A stretch of 37,105 nucleotides of DNA from a virus (Duplodnaviria; Caudoviricetes). This document shows positions 14,501-24,572 of the stretch, piece after piece. The stretch spans positions 1 to 37,105 of IMG/VR virus record IMGVR_UViG_3300033076_000347, one strand, 5' to 3'. Positions within the stretch are counted from its first letter, which is position 1, and every line of letters begins with the position of its first letter. Below the pieces are notes generated by a model. The model had not been told where the DNA came from and ran no database searches. It saw only the letters and a list, made by a program, of their open reading frames with translations. Position numbers and translations under genes: made by a program.

Positions 14501-17500
14501 TCTTGCTTTTCTTCCTTAGGGAAGATGACAGACTTGAACTTCTTCATGAGTTCAGCTTCTTCTGCAGTGATGACATCTTCTTTTGCCATTCTATTCACCG
14601 TCTCAGCATACTGAACTTTACCGGTTTCTTCGTCAACTACCTTGTTATCGTAGTTCTCGAATCGAATAGATAGCTCTTGGCTTTTTGAAACCTGCTCATC
14701 CAATGCTTGAAGTATTTTATTGATGTCCTGAGCTACTTGATTCACCTCATTCAATGGAAGGACGGCGCCGCTTGCAGAGAACATGTCAATGATCTCAACA
14801 TACTTATCGAATACTTCATCAGGGATTAGCATTGGATTTACTGCCAATAACTTTCTCATCGGATCAGCAATAGCGTTAGCGATACCGATCTTTGACTTCA
14901 AGTTCTTTCTTGCCTTAACAATCTTACCTCTGATACCTTGAATCTTCTCAGCGTACTCAGCATCATTGAATACTTTAGTCATGTAGTCAACGAATCGATC
15001 CACTGATTCCTCGTTAAGCATGTCCACTTTACTGAACCTGCGAACAACATCAGCCAATTGCTTTGTTGATATCTTACCTGACTTCTTAAGTTCCTTTATG
15101 GCCTCAGATAACTGATCGCTTGCAATCATGAAAGCTTTCTTCGCGTCACGAGCACCCTTAGCCAAATCTTTGAAGTGTAGTTTAAGCAATTCCTTTTCAG
15201 ACAGGGTGATGTTCTTTGGATCGGGTAGCTTCTTGAATAAGTCAACAAGCATTTTACCCACAGATGGAGCAGACTTCTCACGCTTACCAAACTCGGCACG
15301 TACATTACGAACCAACTGCTCACGTTGTGAGTCATTGGCTCTCTCGTAAACCTTAGACTTCATGACATAGTTCATCACGTTGTCCATAATCTTGTCGTAA
15401 GGCACACCTCTTCTCATTGATTTCTCAATGATGTTATTTGCCTCCTCCAACATCCGGTCGTATCCTTCGATTATAGTCACGCTCTCCTTAAGTCTACCTC
15501 CACCCAAGTCAATGCGTTGCATTTTAACATTGAATGGATTAAACTTCTTTCCTCTCGGATCAACAATGTAGATACCACCACCATATCCTTCAGGAGTTGG
15601 CTTAGATCTCTTAGCACTGAAACCAAATCGAGCAAGCTCGCGTGCCAATGCCTGCTCATTCGCAGTCTTCGGACCGAAACCTCTGTCATTGATATTGTAT
15701 CGCTGAGCAATCTTCTTAATCTCTTGTAGAGTGGCAGCATCCGGGCGTTGGAATTTAAGCTTGTTCTTTACAGTAACAGCATTCTCATCAAATACAACAT
15801 AGTTAAATCCTCTTGCTGTTTCTGATGTTGCCCCACGAGAAATACTTTCAGCAGGGTATTTTACTCCATCAATGCCGTTTTCAAGAAGGAATAATGAAGC
15901 GTTTTTAGCACCCCCCATTGATCTGCCGCCTAAAGCATTAGCAAGTTTTCTATAAAATTCACCTTCTGTATTTATGCCGCTTAATCCATAGCCAAACGCT
16001 TGTTCTCTTTGAGCTTCTGTAAGTTTTGATATTAACTCATACGCTCTTTGTTTATTTAAAGGCTTATCCCATTCTAACCAATTGTATTGGTCAGGAGTTT
16101 TACCCTCATGAAGAGAGACTTCATATAATTTCCCGGTACTTCTTTTGGTTATTTTTTTACCCTTTAACTCATCAATATAAGTCAGCATTTCTTTTTCTGC
16201 CTGCTCTGAATAATATTCTCCGGGCAAAGAAAGTCTACGAACAATTTCATCGTATCCGTTTTCGTAAATACTTGCTAAAGTTGCAAAATAAAACTGACCC
16301 TTATCTTTTATATTAGTGTTCAGGCCGACCTCATTTCCATCTACTATAAAATACGTATCACCTAATTGCTTAGCATATGACTCGGCAATACTTTTTAAAT
16401 CAGTAAAGTATAATCCCCATCCAAAAGATTGATTACCTTCACCTGTTCCAATCTTTTCAGTTGTGAACCTATCGAAATCATGAGGGCTACCATGGAATGC
16501 GTTAACTTGCTTCTTAACTTTCTGAGTAAGTATCTGTTTATCGCGGCTAATATCTTCAGTCTTAGAAAAAGGAGTTTGACGACGAGCTTCAGCATTCATT
16601 CTTTTTCGAGTTTCAACATTACGAGATTCTACCTCTCCGGCAAATCTTTCGTAAACATCGAAGAAGTTTTGCTCTCCATATGTATACCTAACTATCTCAT
16701 TTAACCTATTTCGAATTGCTTGTATTTGTTTTTCAATTTTAGCCTGCTCTGCTGAATCTTTAGCTTTATTAAATTGAATCTGAAGATCTAATCCTTTCTT
16801 GAATAAATTATTAAAGTTTTCATTGTTATTCATTAACTCATCATACATTTCATCTACCCTGTATGACTCAGCTTGGTATAAATTAGCACCTCTTTCAAAC
16901 CCTTCTATATCTTGTATAGCATGTTGAACTTCATGAAGCAGTGTGCCAATACTGTCCATTGTTCTAACACTAAGATCGACCTCTATGGTGTTTGTATTCG
17001 GATTCCAACTTCCTTCGCCATTTCCTTCATTGCTAAATATTATATTAATATCAGCTAACTGAGGATACATTTTAATCAAATCATTAGATAGGATATCGAC
17101 AGCTTTTGCTCGCGCTCCTTTAGCTTTATTTTTTAAAATAATTTCCTTAACTAATCGAATAGTATTTTGAAATAAAGGTATATCATCTACGGTCTCATAC
17201 CTCCATTTGCCATCAATACCTTTTTCCCATCCTGTAGCGATTCTTATGGTTTCAGGATCCTTACCGGAATCTTCCATCTGTTTAGCTACATCTAAGTCAG
17301 CTTTAACTTCCTGACTTAATGAGGCTTTTTCACCAACGATTTGCGTTCTCGTCCCTGCGCTACCTGTTCTTCCCTTACCTTCTCTGAAAAACTTTGAAAG
17401 GTCTTCACCTCGAGCCATTGAATCTGAGATGGTGACCATGAACTCAAGGATGTCCTCAGGAGTTGCGTCCTCTAAGAAGATCGGCTGACCGGTGATCTTG

Positions 17501-20500
17501 ACTGCAACAGCGTTAAATACTGCCTTGATTTGAGTAAGTAAACTCTTCGCTTTTGGTGTAAGATTATCATAGGTAATTCCTGAAGCTGTAAGCAATCCTC
17601 CAAGCTGAACCATCCACTCTTCTGCCTGTACATTTGAAGCGGCGTACTCAGGTGTATTTGCAAAAGCATCAAGCTCATTGATGATAGCAGTCATTCCATT
17701 ATCTCGAAGCGCTTTCTCAATTCCTTTTTTGAATTCTTCAAACAGCTCAGGGTTATCACCAAATGCTTTTATCAATATACCATGCCATACCTCGTGAGGT
17801 AGAGTAGTAGTGTCAGCTACTTCCTCATTAACGAATATAGCAATTGGATTATCTGATTCATCATTAATGATGGCACCACCTTCGCTACCAACAAATGAGT
17901 TAGCTACGTCCTCGTTAAAGTTTTCGCGAGCATGAGCTATCATTTCATCCGCATTAACAAATGACAATACTTGAACATCAGGGAATATTGACGCTAATGA
18001 TTTGGCTGTATTTCTAAATACCTCAGCTTTATTGGCTGCTCTTCTCGGCTGTAGTTTCAACTTCTTAGCGTCAGCTCCGGAGATCTTTACGCGGTATACC
18101 TTGTCCTTAAGAACCTCAGTCTTACTAAGGCCAATAGGAATACCAAATACCTTACGTGGCACATCTCCCTCAACAGCCGGAATCTCCTGTACTTGATTTC
18201 TATATTGATCAGGCACATCCTCCATCGATGCAAAGTCAAACGTGTAGGTTTTATTATTATCAAATACCATATCAGCCTGTTCTTTGAAGGCTTCTTTAAC
18301 CTGTCTTCCTGTAGCTTTTACAGTAACTGAATTATCTTCATTTCTCTGTATTTGGTATCCACTAAAATCTAATGGTACACCTATTGAATTTTCAAAGTTT
18401 AATTCGTATTCAGTATTATCATCTAAGTCATTAGCCCAAGACGCATCCGTAGTTCGCATAGCTCTTTCACCAAAAATTTTATCAATTATTTTTTTAGCGT
18501 CTCGTTGATTTTCTGATAGATCGTTAAAGTAATCCTGAGCTATAGTGCTTTCATTTCCTTTTAATTCACTATAAGTTGTTTGATCTGCATCAACATACAT
18601 CGATTGAACATTATCATTCTCTCGATCACTAACCTGAGAAAGAGCTTCAGCCAAAGTCTCCTCGTCATTGAACAAGTCAGTAGCTCTTTCAGGAGGGGCT
18701 ACTTGAATCTTATTACCTCTGATAACAGTTTTCTTTTTGCGATCAGCCTCCTCTCTTAACTTCTTGTTTGGAAGCTCCTTAAGCTCTTCATTAATCGCAT
18801 CAATTCTTTCTCTCTGCTTCGCTGTTAATGACTGATCTTTTCCATCAACCTGACGCTGCAAATCTTTTCTCTCTTTCAATAGATTCATCGCCTCCTTCTT
18901 TCCTTCCAAGCTTAAGTTATCAGGCAACTCTCTGAATAAACCAACAGAAGCTCTGTAGTTATCCAACATATCTTTACCTTCCTTACGCGTCATCAATCCT
19001 GACGCTATCTTTCCATTAAGCTCAGCCACGAAAGCTGACTGAAGATTACTATCGTTTGCATATGACTCAAATGCCTTGAAGATATTATCATCCATACCTA
19101 AGTAACCTTTCTTTGTATAGGCTGCGCTAACAGCAGATGGCATACCAAGAAGGAAACCACCTACAGCCTCTTGCGCTCCGGCTTTGGCTACGTCTTTTAC
19201 ATACTCAGCTGTAAGGAAGTCAGGATTCTTAAACATATCCTTCTCCTTAGCCAAGTTGTAAATATCTTTTATCGCATACTCAGCCACCTGTTGAGCAGCA
19301 CCGGTCTCAGCCTCAGCAAGAGCGGCACCTGCCAATGTCAAAGCACCTCTTGCAGCCATACTATTCACCTCGTTCTTTACGAGTTCACCAAAAGTCTTAG
19401 CAGTTGTTGTAGCTCCGGCTTTACCCATGGCGCCAAGGATCACCTTATTCATCAATCCTTTATTGGCAATGATGTTTCTAAAACCAATCTCCTCAAGCGC
19501 AGCTGTAGCTAAACCAATAGGGATAGCAATCGACTGCTTTTCAGCTTCTGATATATCTGCAAAATCAGGATTATTCTCCATCTCTTGATATACAGCGTCA
19601 GTTGACTGAGCGTACATCTGAGCTGTTCTTTGCGCCCATCCCATTGGACTTGTGCTACCAATCATAGCGGGCAAAGATTTAACTACACCGGCATATACAC
19701 CTCCCCAAAATCCTTCCTCCTTGAGATTTCTAAATTCTACAGTGGTATCATCATCACCCCAAACAATCTCATTTCCGGCACGAACCGCAGGCAATAATGT
19801 CTTCTTTACATCTTTCTTGATATCATCATTTGACTTGTCAACGATAGCTGTCTTTTGATCAGAACTCAAGCTATTCCACCAATCCTTATAGGACTGACCG
19901 GCAGCAGGCATTGGAATAGCGTCAGGAGTTCCTATAGGAACAGTCTTAGTATTTCCTTTAGCCCTCTCTTCTTCAATAGCTTTATTTCTTCTTTCATTGA
20001 TCCTGTACGCATTTGAAACAGCTACGTTATCCTTAGCGTCCTGTTCTAAATTACCTGTAGCCTTGTTGTCAGTAACCTGTTGAGTCATTTCTTCCTCATC
20101 CATACCGGTAACATACTTACTAAACATCAGATCAACTGCGTTATTTACAAATCCGGCACTTATGTTTGCAAATCCTTCAGCCAACCAATCATTGGTTGCT
20201 CCGATCCAAGTACCCTGCTCCTTCTTCATAGCATCGTAAGCACCCATTGATCGCTTGAGAATGGTATATCTTGAGTCAAGCATAGTTTGCTTCGCTTCCA
20301 ATTCTCCTTGCTTCTTTGCAAGATCAGCCTTCTTAGCTATTGCATTGTTATATTGCTGCTTAAACTCAGGAGTATTTTTATTCTTTTGAGAATTGAGAGT
20401 AGCCAACTCAGCCTCAAGATTTTTTCTTTCTTGCAAGAAAACATTGGTCTCTGATTTAAATGAATTGGCGTCAGTGTTAAACTTACCCAAAGCATCTTCA

Positions 20501-21483
20501 ACATCCTTCTCGGTAGTGAATATCTTATCTCTTTTTCTGTACTCTTGCTCAAGTGCTGCTAAGCCTGTAGCCTTAGAATTTTCCCTTATGAAGTTTTTTA
20601 ACTTCTCAGCCTCAACACTTGTATTGCCCGGAGAAAAGAAGTCGATATCTAAAGACACTTCCAATTCTTTCCCATTGGGTGCAGTGACAGTCATCCAATC
20701 TCCTGTAGCTCCGGACTCTTCAAACTTGAATCCCATTGGACCAAACTGATAGTTCATCTTTGGAACAACAAACTCTTCGTTCTTCTCTATAAGATCAGGA
20801 GTAATGGTGCCGAGTAGTTTCTCTACAGTTGGTGCCTCAGGTTTTTGCTCTTGTTTCTTTGGTGTTTTTTCCTCAAGTGGAGTACCTTTCTTGTAACCAC
20901 CTGAAGCCCACCACTCAGCATCCTTGGCTGCGCCGAACTGAGCGTACTCATTGTTAGCCAAAGCATAGTCAATGGCCTCATTAACAGGAAGCTCTACGAG
21001 CTTGCCATCTTTCTCAACGATTGTTGGGAATGCAATGTATTTACCATCCACTTCAGCGGACGCCATCTTGTGGGTAGAGAATGATCCATCAGGATTAGCG
21101 ATGGACTTCTCAGGATTGTACATCCTTTGAACAAAGTTCTTCCCTAATAACTCTTCTTGATAAGACTTGCCGGCTCCTGCAATATTAGCGGGAGACTGCG
21201 AAGCCGAAGAAGAAGCGACCGAAGGTGATGCCGTAGTACCTGACTGTTCTTTTTTTTTTAATGGCTCTTGAGTTTCAACTTGCGGAGTCAATTGATTATT
21301 CGCGCCTGTAAGTTGAAGAAATTCATTCATCGACTTTCTATACCCTTGGCTTTTAACGTAAGAGAAATTGTCTTCCTGAACACTTAAATCAGTATGCAAT
21401 AAATTTATGAAATCCTGTTTTGATTTCTTATAACCTAAAGATACCGCTCTATCGTAAAGATCTTGTATTACCTGCTCGTCCAT
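11551..21483 (-). CDS. giant (3310 aa) polyvalent virion/ejection protein with two HExxH zincin domains, LPD23 and ADP-ribosyltransferase-like domains
   Basis: TLPHEVWH; AKQME..GKDPETIRIATGWEKGIDGKWRYE (LPD23-like); TLLHEVQHAIQ..EGF; AFHGSPHDFDRF....IGTGEG.QSFGWGLYFT...NYVVFD (ART-like); last gene of the virion operon. Confidence 0.85.
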   Translation of the reverse strand: MDEQVIQDLYDRAVSLGYKKSKQDFINLLHTDLSVQEDNFSYVKSQGYRKSMNEFLQLTGANNQLTPQVETQEPLKKKEQSGTTASPSVASSSASQSPANIAGAGKSYQEELLGKNFVQRMYNPEKSIANPDGSFSTHKMASAEVDGKYIAFPTIVEKDGKLVELPVNEAIDYALANNEYAQFGAAKDAEWWASGGYKKGTPLEEKTPKKQEQKPEAPTVEKLLGTITPDLIEKNEEFVVPKMNYQFGPMGFKFEESGATGDWMTVTAPNGKELEVSLDIDFFSPGNTSVEAEKLKNFIRENSKATGLAALEQEYRKRDKIFTTEKDVEDALGKFNTDANSFKSETNVFLQERKNLEAELATLNSQKNKNTPEFKQQYNNAIAKKADLAKKQGELEAKQTMLDSRYTILKRSMGAYDAMKKEQGTWIGATNDWLAEGFANISAGFVNNAVDLMFSKYVTGMDEEEMTQQVTDNKATGNLEQDAKDNVAVSNAYRINERRNKAIEEERAKGNTKTVPIGTPDAIPMPAAGQSYKDWWNSLSSDQKTAIVDKSNDDIKKDVKKTLLPAVRAGNEIVWGDDDTTVEFRNLKEEGFWGGVYAGVVKSLPAMIGSTSPMGWAQRTAQMYAQSTDAVYQEMENNPDFADISEAEKQSIAIPIGLATAALEEIGFRNIIANKGLMNKVILGAMGKAGATTTAKTFGELVKNEVNSMAARGALTLAGAALAEAETGAAQQVAEYAIKDIYNLAKEKDMFKNPDFLTAEYVKDVAKAGAQEAVGGFLLGMPSAVSAAYTKKGYLGMDDNIFKAFESYANDSNLQSAFVAELNGKIASGLMTRKEGKDMLDNYRASVGLFRELPDNLSLEGKKEAMNLLKERKDLQRQVDGKDQSLTAKQRERIDAINEELKELPNKKLREEADRKKKTVIRGNKIQVAPPERATDLFNDEETLAEALSQVSDRENDNVQSMYVDADQTTYSELKGNESTIAQDYFNDLSENQRDAKKIIDKIFGERAMRTTDASWANDLDDNTEYELNFENSIGVPLDFSGYQIQRNEDNSVTVKATGRQVKEAFKEQADMVFDNNKTYTFDFASMEDVPDQYRNQVQEIPAVEGDVPRKVFGIPIGLSKTEVLKDKVYRVKISGADAKKLKLQPRRAANKAEVFRNTAKSLASIFPDVQVLSFVNADEMIAHARENFNEDVANSFVGSEGGAIINDESDNPIAIFVNEEVADTTTLPHEVWHGILIKAFGDNPELFEEFKKGIEKALRDNGMTAIINELDAFANTPEYAASNVQAEEWMVQLGGLLTASGITYDNLTPKAKSLLTQIKAVFNAVAVKITGQPIFLEDATPEDILEFMVTISDSMARGEDLSKFFREGKGRTGSAGTRTQIVGEKASLSQEVKADLDVAKQMEDSGKDPETIRIATGWEKGIDGKWRYETVDDIPLFQNTIRLVKEIILKNKAKGARAKAVDILSNDLIKMYPQLADINIIFSNEGNGEGSWNPNTNTIEVDLSVRTMDSIGTLLHEVQHAIQDIEGFERGANLYQAESYRVDEMYDELMNNNENFNNLFKKGLDLQIQFNKAKDSAEQAKIEKQIQAIRNRLNEIVRYTYGEQNFFDVYERFAGEVESRNVETRKRMNAEARRQTPFSKTEDISRDKQILTQKVKKQVNAFHGSPHDFDRFTTEKIGTGEGNQSFGWGLYFTDLKSIAESYAKQLGDTYFIVDGNEVGLNTNIKDKGQFYFATLASIYENGYDEIVRRLSLPGEYYSEQAEKEMLTYIDELKGKKITKRSTGKLYEVSLHEGKTPDQYNWLEWDKPLNKQRAYELISKLTEAQREQAFGYGLSGINTEGEFYRKLANALGGRSMGGAKNASLFLLENGIDGVKYPAESISRGATSETARGFNYVVFDENAVTVKNKLKFQRPDAATLQEIKKIAQRYNINDRGFGPKTANEQALARELARFGFSAKRSKPTPEGYGGGIYIVDPRGKKFNPFNVKMQRIDLGGGRLKESVTIIEGYDRMLEEANNIIEKSMRRGVPYDKIMDNVMNYVMKSKVYERANDSQREQLVRNVRAEFGKREKSAPSVGKMLVDLFKKLPDPKNITLSEKELLKLHFKDLAKGARDAKKAFMIASDQLSEAIKELKKSGKISTKQLADVVRRFSKVDMLNEESVDRFVDYMTKVFNDAEYAEKIQGIRGKIVKARKNLKSKIGIANAIADPMRKLLAVNPMLIPDEVFDKYVEIIDMFSASGAVLPLNEVNQVAQDINKILQALDEQVSKSQELSIRFENYDNKVVDEETGKVQYAETVNRMAKEDVITAEEAELMKKFKSVIFPKEEKQEKTEAEVKAENALLIDAINNTKVNLDGLQFADERELADNIRRLLKPELLSQLTTAQLNNLIKLIDNINNGYMPHYGELMFEKLNAVKESTPVGDSVSNASPLSVSKAYNNLKAKLFGRWTNRSGTSEMIRGGGLFFIDQVLGNFKSKPIFNALWEKISEAQASFQSSLGQVNKKLDAAQDAVAKSFSYDANKKLESSFRMMAYMIQLEYESNPGSKQVNPASAYIKETIKSIKKDSTKYGDAEIEMLQRILNENGDVDKDALYKSFNNAEKNAIQTIREINDGLTEKAMFTAAVIRGQRIDVLNNYIHLPVMAEYNPDDSVTATQLSNNYNAALQPSSKGKNLVERTQGAKAINFDVFASAQRGAKFTLLDYHMTSPIRTARKTLNEVENRYGDDFTKQQREIFNAIRNGFEESVSNVLTNNFVATSFGDAVVDFISKQGYRAVLAGSLRFIAEVSSNVGFALIAGREAFTAGLKYFNIISSPDAVKIMENVKSKQITRLYHGDTLSGRFIDQSVLSQTSGIKSTTAKGVIANKANQIYNMSLKKYKNGVELIADTLISTPDRVIMRPIWFGQFATEFKKQSGVEVDFKKIAEGNEAYMRQYKDAINASKLRADEMSVLAGATDNSFMGILKGTSKANQGVITKIFNNFNNYMTRFAIYEYTTARQGIYAAVGNGSISRKEGIALLAAVTTRMTVYTLMTNMFAQGLGGLLGDEEEEDEKTLMQKLGQAFTSTFTSLALGRNFGNFTKSLISLGVEEVNEEFLTDLRNGDYDPYTDAISFSAVPKEKKFGDTGIGDFMLNMTGAFSPALKTTDLIINNIASKEKKEEDAIERREKENTIRIPLEVLGNMGMIPLYKDVKKEVMKEIYKDLRDADKKAADKKQAEKEMLHGYENREDMKRYDPELYEEVFGKNSPGYDAEQAKKKLKHEMDSLERRMKDEFYDYVPKKKGGFGSEGGFGSGSSSGKSKKKGGFGSEGGFGSGGK
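11564..11652 (-). repeat. 26-bp exact direct repeat within two KKKGGFGSEGGFGSG units
   Basis: GATCCGAATCCTCCTTCAGATCCGAA at 11564-11589 and 11627-11652. Confidence 0.9.
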
Positions 21484-21492
21484 TTTAATATT

Positions 21493-23340
21493 TTATTTTG
21501 TTTCGTAATTTACTTTTGATCCACCTTTATTTCCTAACCAATCTTTTGTTGCTGATTCTGTTGAATTTGCTTTAATCCATTCCATCATTTGTGAAGATAC
21601 AGATTTATTTGAAGATGGATCACTATTTGTTCCATAGTTTACCGGAAAATCTCTTGTGGCTCCCGGTGTGCCATCAGGTTTATTAGGAGCTGTTATGGTA
21701 ACATTATTACCCACTCCCGATTCTTCGAATGTGAATCCTGAATTTGCAAACAAATCGGTAAGAATAGGGACAGCGGCTTCTTCTGTAGACCCTACAGCAT
21801 CCTCTATCTTTTTCGCGTTGTTACTTACGTATGATTTAAACGCAGCTTGAGGGTTGGCCGTTTGAGCAGGCGTTGGATTTTCAACATCTACTGTAGCCGA
21901 CAATCCACCTCCTCCAAGTTGACGTTTGCCTTTAGCCCATCTATTAACATCTTCTTGAGTGAAATCACCAAATATTTCAGTACCCTGCTCAAACCAATCG
22001 ACAGGGTTATCTCTCATTGGTATTGGTGATGGAGATATAGTTTGGCCTTGATCATTCTTATACTTGATTATCAGATTTTCTCCTGTATTATCAAATCCAA
22101 TATAGACAAGACCTTTTTTCCTCGCTAATGGAGAGCCTTTAATTGATTGAAGAGCTGCATCTTTTTGAGCATCATCTCCATTTCTTAACTGCTGCCAAAC
22201 ATCAAACAATTTCTCCTTTTCTCTTTTTAGAGCTTCAGCATTGAGTGTGGCTTCTGTTTTTTGAGGCACCTCATTAGCCGCAACAACACTAACAGATTCT
22301 TTCTTGTCGTACATTAAGCGAGCTTTTACTCTCAAGCTTTCCAATGCAGCCTTCTCTTGCTCAGGAGAAGGGAAAGGAACAGGACGACCGGCGCTATTGT
22401 TTTTAAGAAGGATCATCTCAGGATTAGCCTTAGCCACCTTCTCATCCCAAGTGTAGTCGTATGGCTTTCCATTCGGAGCCATCTTAATATCCTCAGTAAG
22501 GATTGAAGTGACATGAAGTTCATCAGATAAAAATCCGCTTAACCATTTTGTTTCAGCTTCTTCAAACTTCATTACCACACCTTTAGCGTCAGCAGGTAAA
22601 TTTTCTCTTTGAGTAATATCAAGAATCTCAGTAATAGTACCTCTTTGGTATTTGTTTTTAATACTTGTAATCACATCAATCTGCTGTCCCAATCCATCAA
22701 CGTATCCCGCAACAGCCTCAGTTGATTTGAATCTGTCATAGTTATCCTTTATTGAATTGCCAAGGGCTACAACTGACATGAAATCATTGGGATTGTCGCT
22801 CATCTTCTTGACACCATCAGGTCCTGTGACCATCTTACCAATAGAAACAGTTCCATCGGTTGGATTGATGTACGCCTTTGTGTTCATGAAGTTTGCAAGA
22901 CCCTCAGCATCTGCCATAAGCTTCATCTCAAGCAATTGATTATCACCGGCACCGCGTCTATCCATCTTAGTCTTGTATACCTCTTGGTATTGCTTTGACA
23001 AATCAAACAACTGATTGGTTCCATCAGTTGAGTTTTGTCTCATTATCATGTAATCCCTTACCTTGAGCTGACCTGATTTAAGTAGCTTGTCCTGCATCAA
23101 TCGATTCTGTTGATAGTCATTGGCATACTCAATCGTCCATTGGTTCATTGCCTTGAACTCACCCTGAGGCGGGTTTGAAAGCAACTCGCCATACTCTTGC
23201 GAAGCTTTATCTATCTCAGCTTTTTTCTCTTCTCTAATCCGGTTCTGCTCCGCGAGCATATCGGACATATTCTTGCCAATCTCAGCCCAATTTATTTGAC
23301 TGTCGGCTTCTCTCTCTGCGTACTTAAAATATGTTGCCAT
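21493..23340 (-). CDS. putative internal virion (ejection) protein
   Basis: 615 aa, helical N-terminus, located between the small Ala/Gln-rich gene and the giant gene as in podovirus core-protein clusters. Confidence 0.6.
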   Translation of the reverse strand: MATYFKYAEREADSQINWAEIGKNMSDMLAEQNRIREEKKAEIDKASQEYGELLSNPPQGEFKAMNQWTIEYANDYQQNRLMQDKLLKSGQLKVRDYMIMRQNSTDGTNQLFDLSKQYQEVYKTKMDRRGAGDNQLLEMKLMADAEGLANFMNTKAYINPTDGTVSIGKMVTGPDGVKKMSDNPNDFMSVVALGNSIKDNYDRFKSTEAVAGYVDGLGQQIDVITSIKNKYQRGTITEILDITQRENLPADAKGVVMKFEEAETKWLSGFLSDELHVTSILTEDIKMAPNGKPYDYTWDEKVAKANPEMILLKNNSAGRPVPFPSPEQEKAALESLRVKARLMYDKKESVSVVAANEVPQKTEATLNAEALKREKEKLFDVWQQLRNGDDAQKDAALQSIKGSPLARKKGLVYIGFDNTGENLIIKYKNDQGQTISPSPIPMRDNPVDWFEQGTEIFGDFTQEDVNRWAKGKRQLGGGGLSATVDVENPTPAQTANPQAAFKSYVSNNAKKIEDAVGSTEEAAVPILTDLFANSGFTFEESGVGNNVTITAPNKPDGTPGATRDFPVNYGTNSDPSSNKSVSSQMMEWIKANSTESATKDWLGNKGGSKVNYETK

Positions 23341-23343
23341 TGA

Positions 23344-24135
23344 TTAGAAAGGTTGAAATGGGTTGTAGTTCTGTAAATAATTTTGATTCTGAAACAAAGT
23401 CTGTCTCTGTTCAGGACCCAACCATTTTTTAAAATCTCTAAACTCAGAATTTGACATCTTATTAAAGTCAATAAGACCAACTTGCTGACCATTATATTCT
23501 TGTTGGCGAAGCTTTATCATAGCCGGATCATCCTTGCCTATAGCTGCATAAGTTGCGGATTTCTGAGCATTCAAATCTTGACCATATAAAGGGGCTAACT
23601 CCATACCTGTCTGAGCGAGACTTGTAATTCCCTGCATACCTTGTTGCATTGCAGCTGTTCTTGCTTCTTGAGCATCACGAGCGGCGAGCTGAGCACCCTC
23701 AACTTCACCCAAGTCCAACTGAACACCAATATCACGCAAGCGTGAATCTTCCTCAGCGCTTAACTTCTGCAGATCAGAAAGCTCTTTAGCCATGTCAGTT
23801 CTTACTGCTGACTGAGCTTCATTCATACCTGCTTGAACACGACCCACGGTTGCGGCAGCGCCTCTTGATTGACCTTCAACGCCGGCTTGTATAGCTTGAG
23901 CTCCGGATGAAAGTAAAGCTTCTCTTTCGCGCTCGTATGCCTCCATTGGCACGTTCAATTGATCGTATGTATTTACCTCAAGCTTCTTTCGAGCTTCCTC
24001 CATTGCCTGACGAGCTTCTGATTGAGCTTGAGTCTGAAGCTTTCTTTGCTTATTTGCCTGAGCAAATGACATTCCTGTAGTGGTTGCTGTTGCGGCTATG
24101 CCCACTCCTGCTGCTATTGTTGTAAGTGCTGCCAT
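23344..24135 (-). CDS. putative internal virion (ejection/pilot) protein
   Basis: Hydrophobic Ala/Gly N-terminus (MAALTTIAAGVGIAA) followed by an Ala/Gln-rich coiled coil. Confidence 0.65.
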   Translation of the reverse strand: MAALTTIAAGVGIAATATTTGMSFAQANKQRKLQTQAQSEARQAMEEARKKLEVNTYDQLNVPMEAYEREREALLSSGAQAIQAGVEGQSRGAAATVGRVQAGMNEAQSAVRTDMAKELSDLQKLSAEEDSRLRDIGVQLDLGEVEGAQLAARDAQEARTAAMQQGMQGITSLAQTGMELAPLYGQDLNAQKSATYAAIGKDDPAMIKLRQQEYNGQQVGLIDFNKMSNSEFRDFKKWLGPEQRQTLFQNQNYLQNYNPFQPF

Positions 24136-24136
24136 G

Positions 24137-24550
24137 TTATAGAATTTTAATCATCTCACTTTGATATGAGTCTCCCTTTATATATCCGAGATGCTCGTAA
24201 GTTTTGATTAGATTTTGGTGTTTAATAAGTGCGTATGCATACTTGTTTCCCAATCCTTTACCGAGCTCTGTAAGTTGCTCAATAAGAAGACTGATAGCGT
24301 ACTTTCTTTTCTCTCGGTCAGTGTATGTCTTGCTTGAAATAATCCAATCAATCCACGCTACCTTTGAGTTTGTCATGTACAGAAACCCGGCGCATATCGG
24401 CGTATCTCCATCAAATACAATGGCGCCACCTTTACCGTCATTTGGAAGAAAGTCCTTTGTTGGAGCTTCCCATCCCCACTCTTTCCACCATCCTACAAGG
24501 ATGGTGTCATAGTCTGTCTCGTTTAAGTGGCGTATATTGATTGATTCCAT
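24137..24550 (-). CDS. GNAT-fold acetyltransferase-like protein
   Basis: IRHL..DY, PICAGFLY, LLIEQL...GK.LG, LIKTYEHLGY pattern; usual position before ejection genes. Confidence 0.7.
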   Translation of the reverse strand: MESINIRHLNETDYDTILVGWWKEWGWEAPTKDFLPNDGKGGAIVFDGDTPICAGFLYMTNSKVAWIDWIISSKTYTDREKRKYAISLLIEQLTELGKGLGNKYAYALIKHQNLIKTYEHLGYIKGDSYQSEMIKIL

Positions 24551-24557
24551 ACACCTA

Positions 24558-24565
24558 CAAAGGTA
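24558..24565 (-). promoter_or_regulatory. Bacteroidota-type -7 promoter element TACCTTTG
   Basis: Matches TAnnTTTG in the short intergenic gap just upstream of the GNAT gene. Confidence 0.55.
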
Positions 24566-24572
24566 TAAAAAA

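Noticed and set aside
11551-21483. crAss-like or N4-like virion RNA polymerase
   Set aside because: I found no convincing DxDxD/DFDID catalytic motif or T7-like motifs; the recognisable domains are peptidase-, LPD23- and ART-like.
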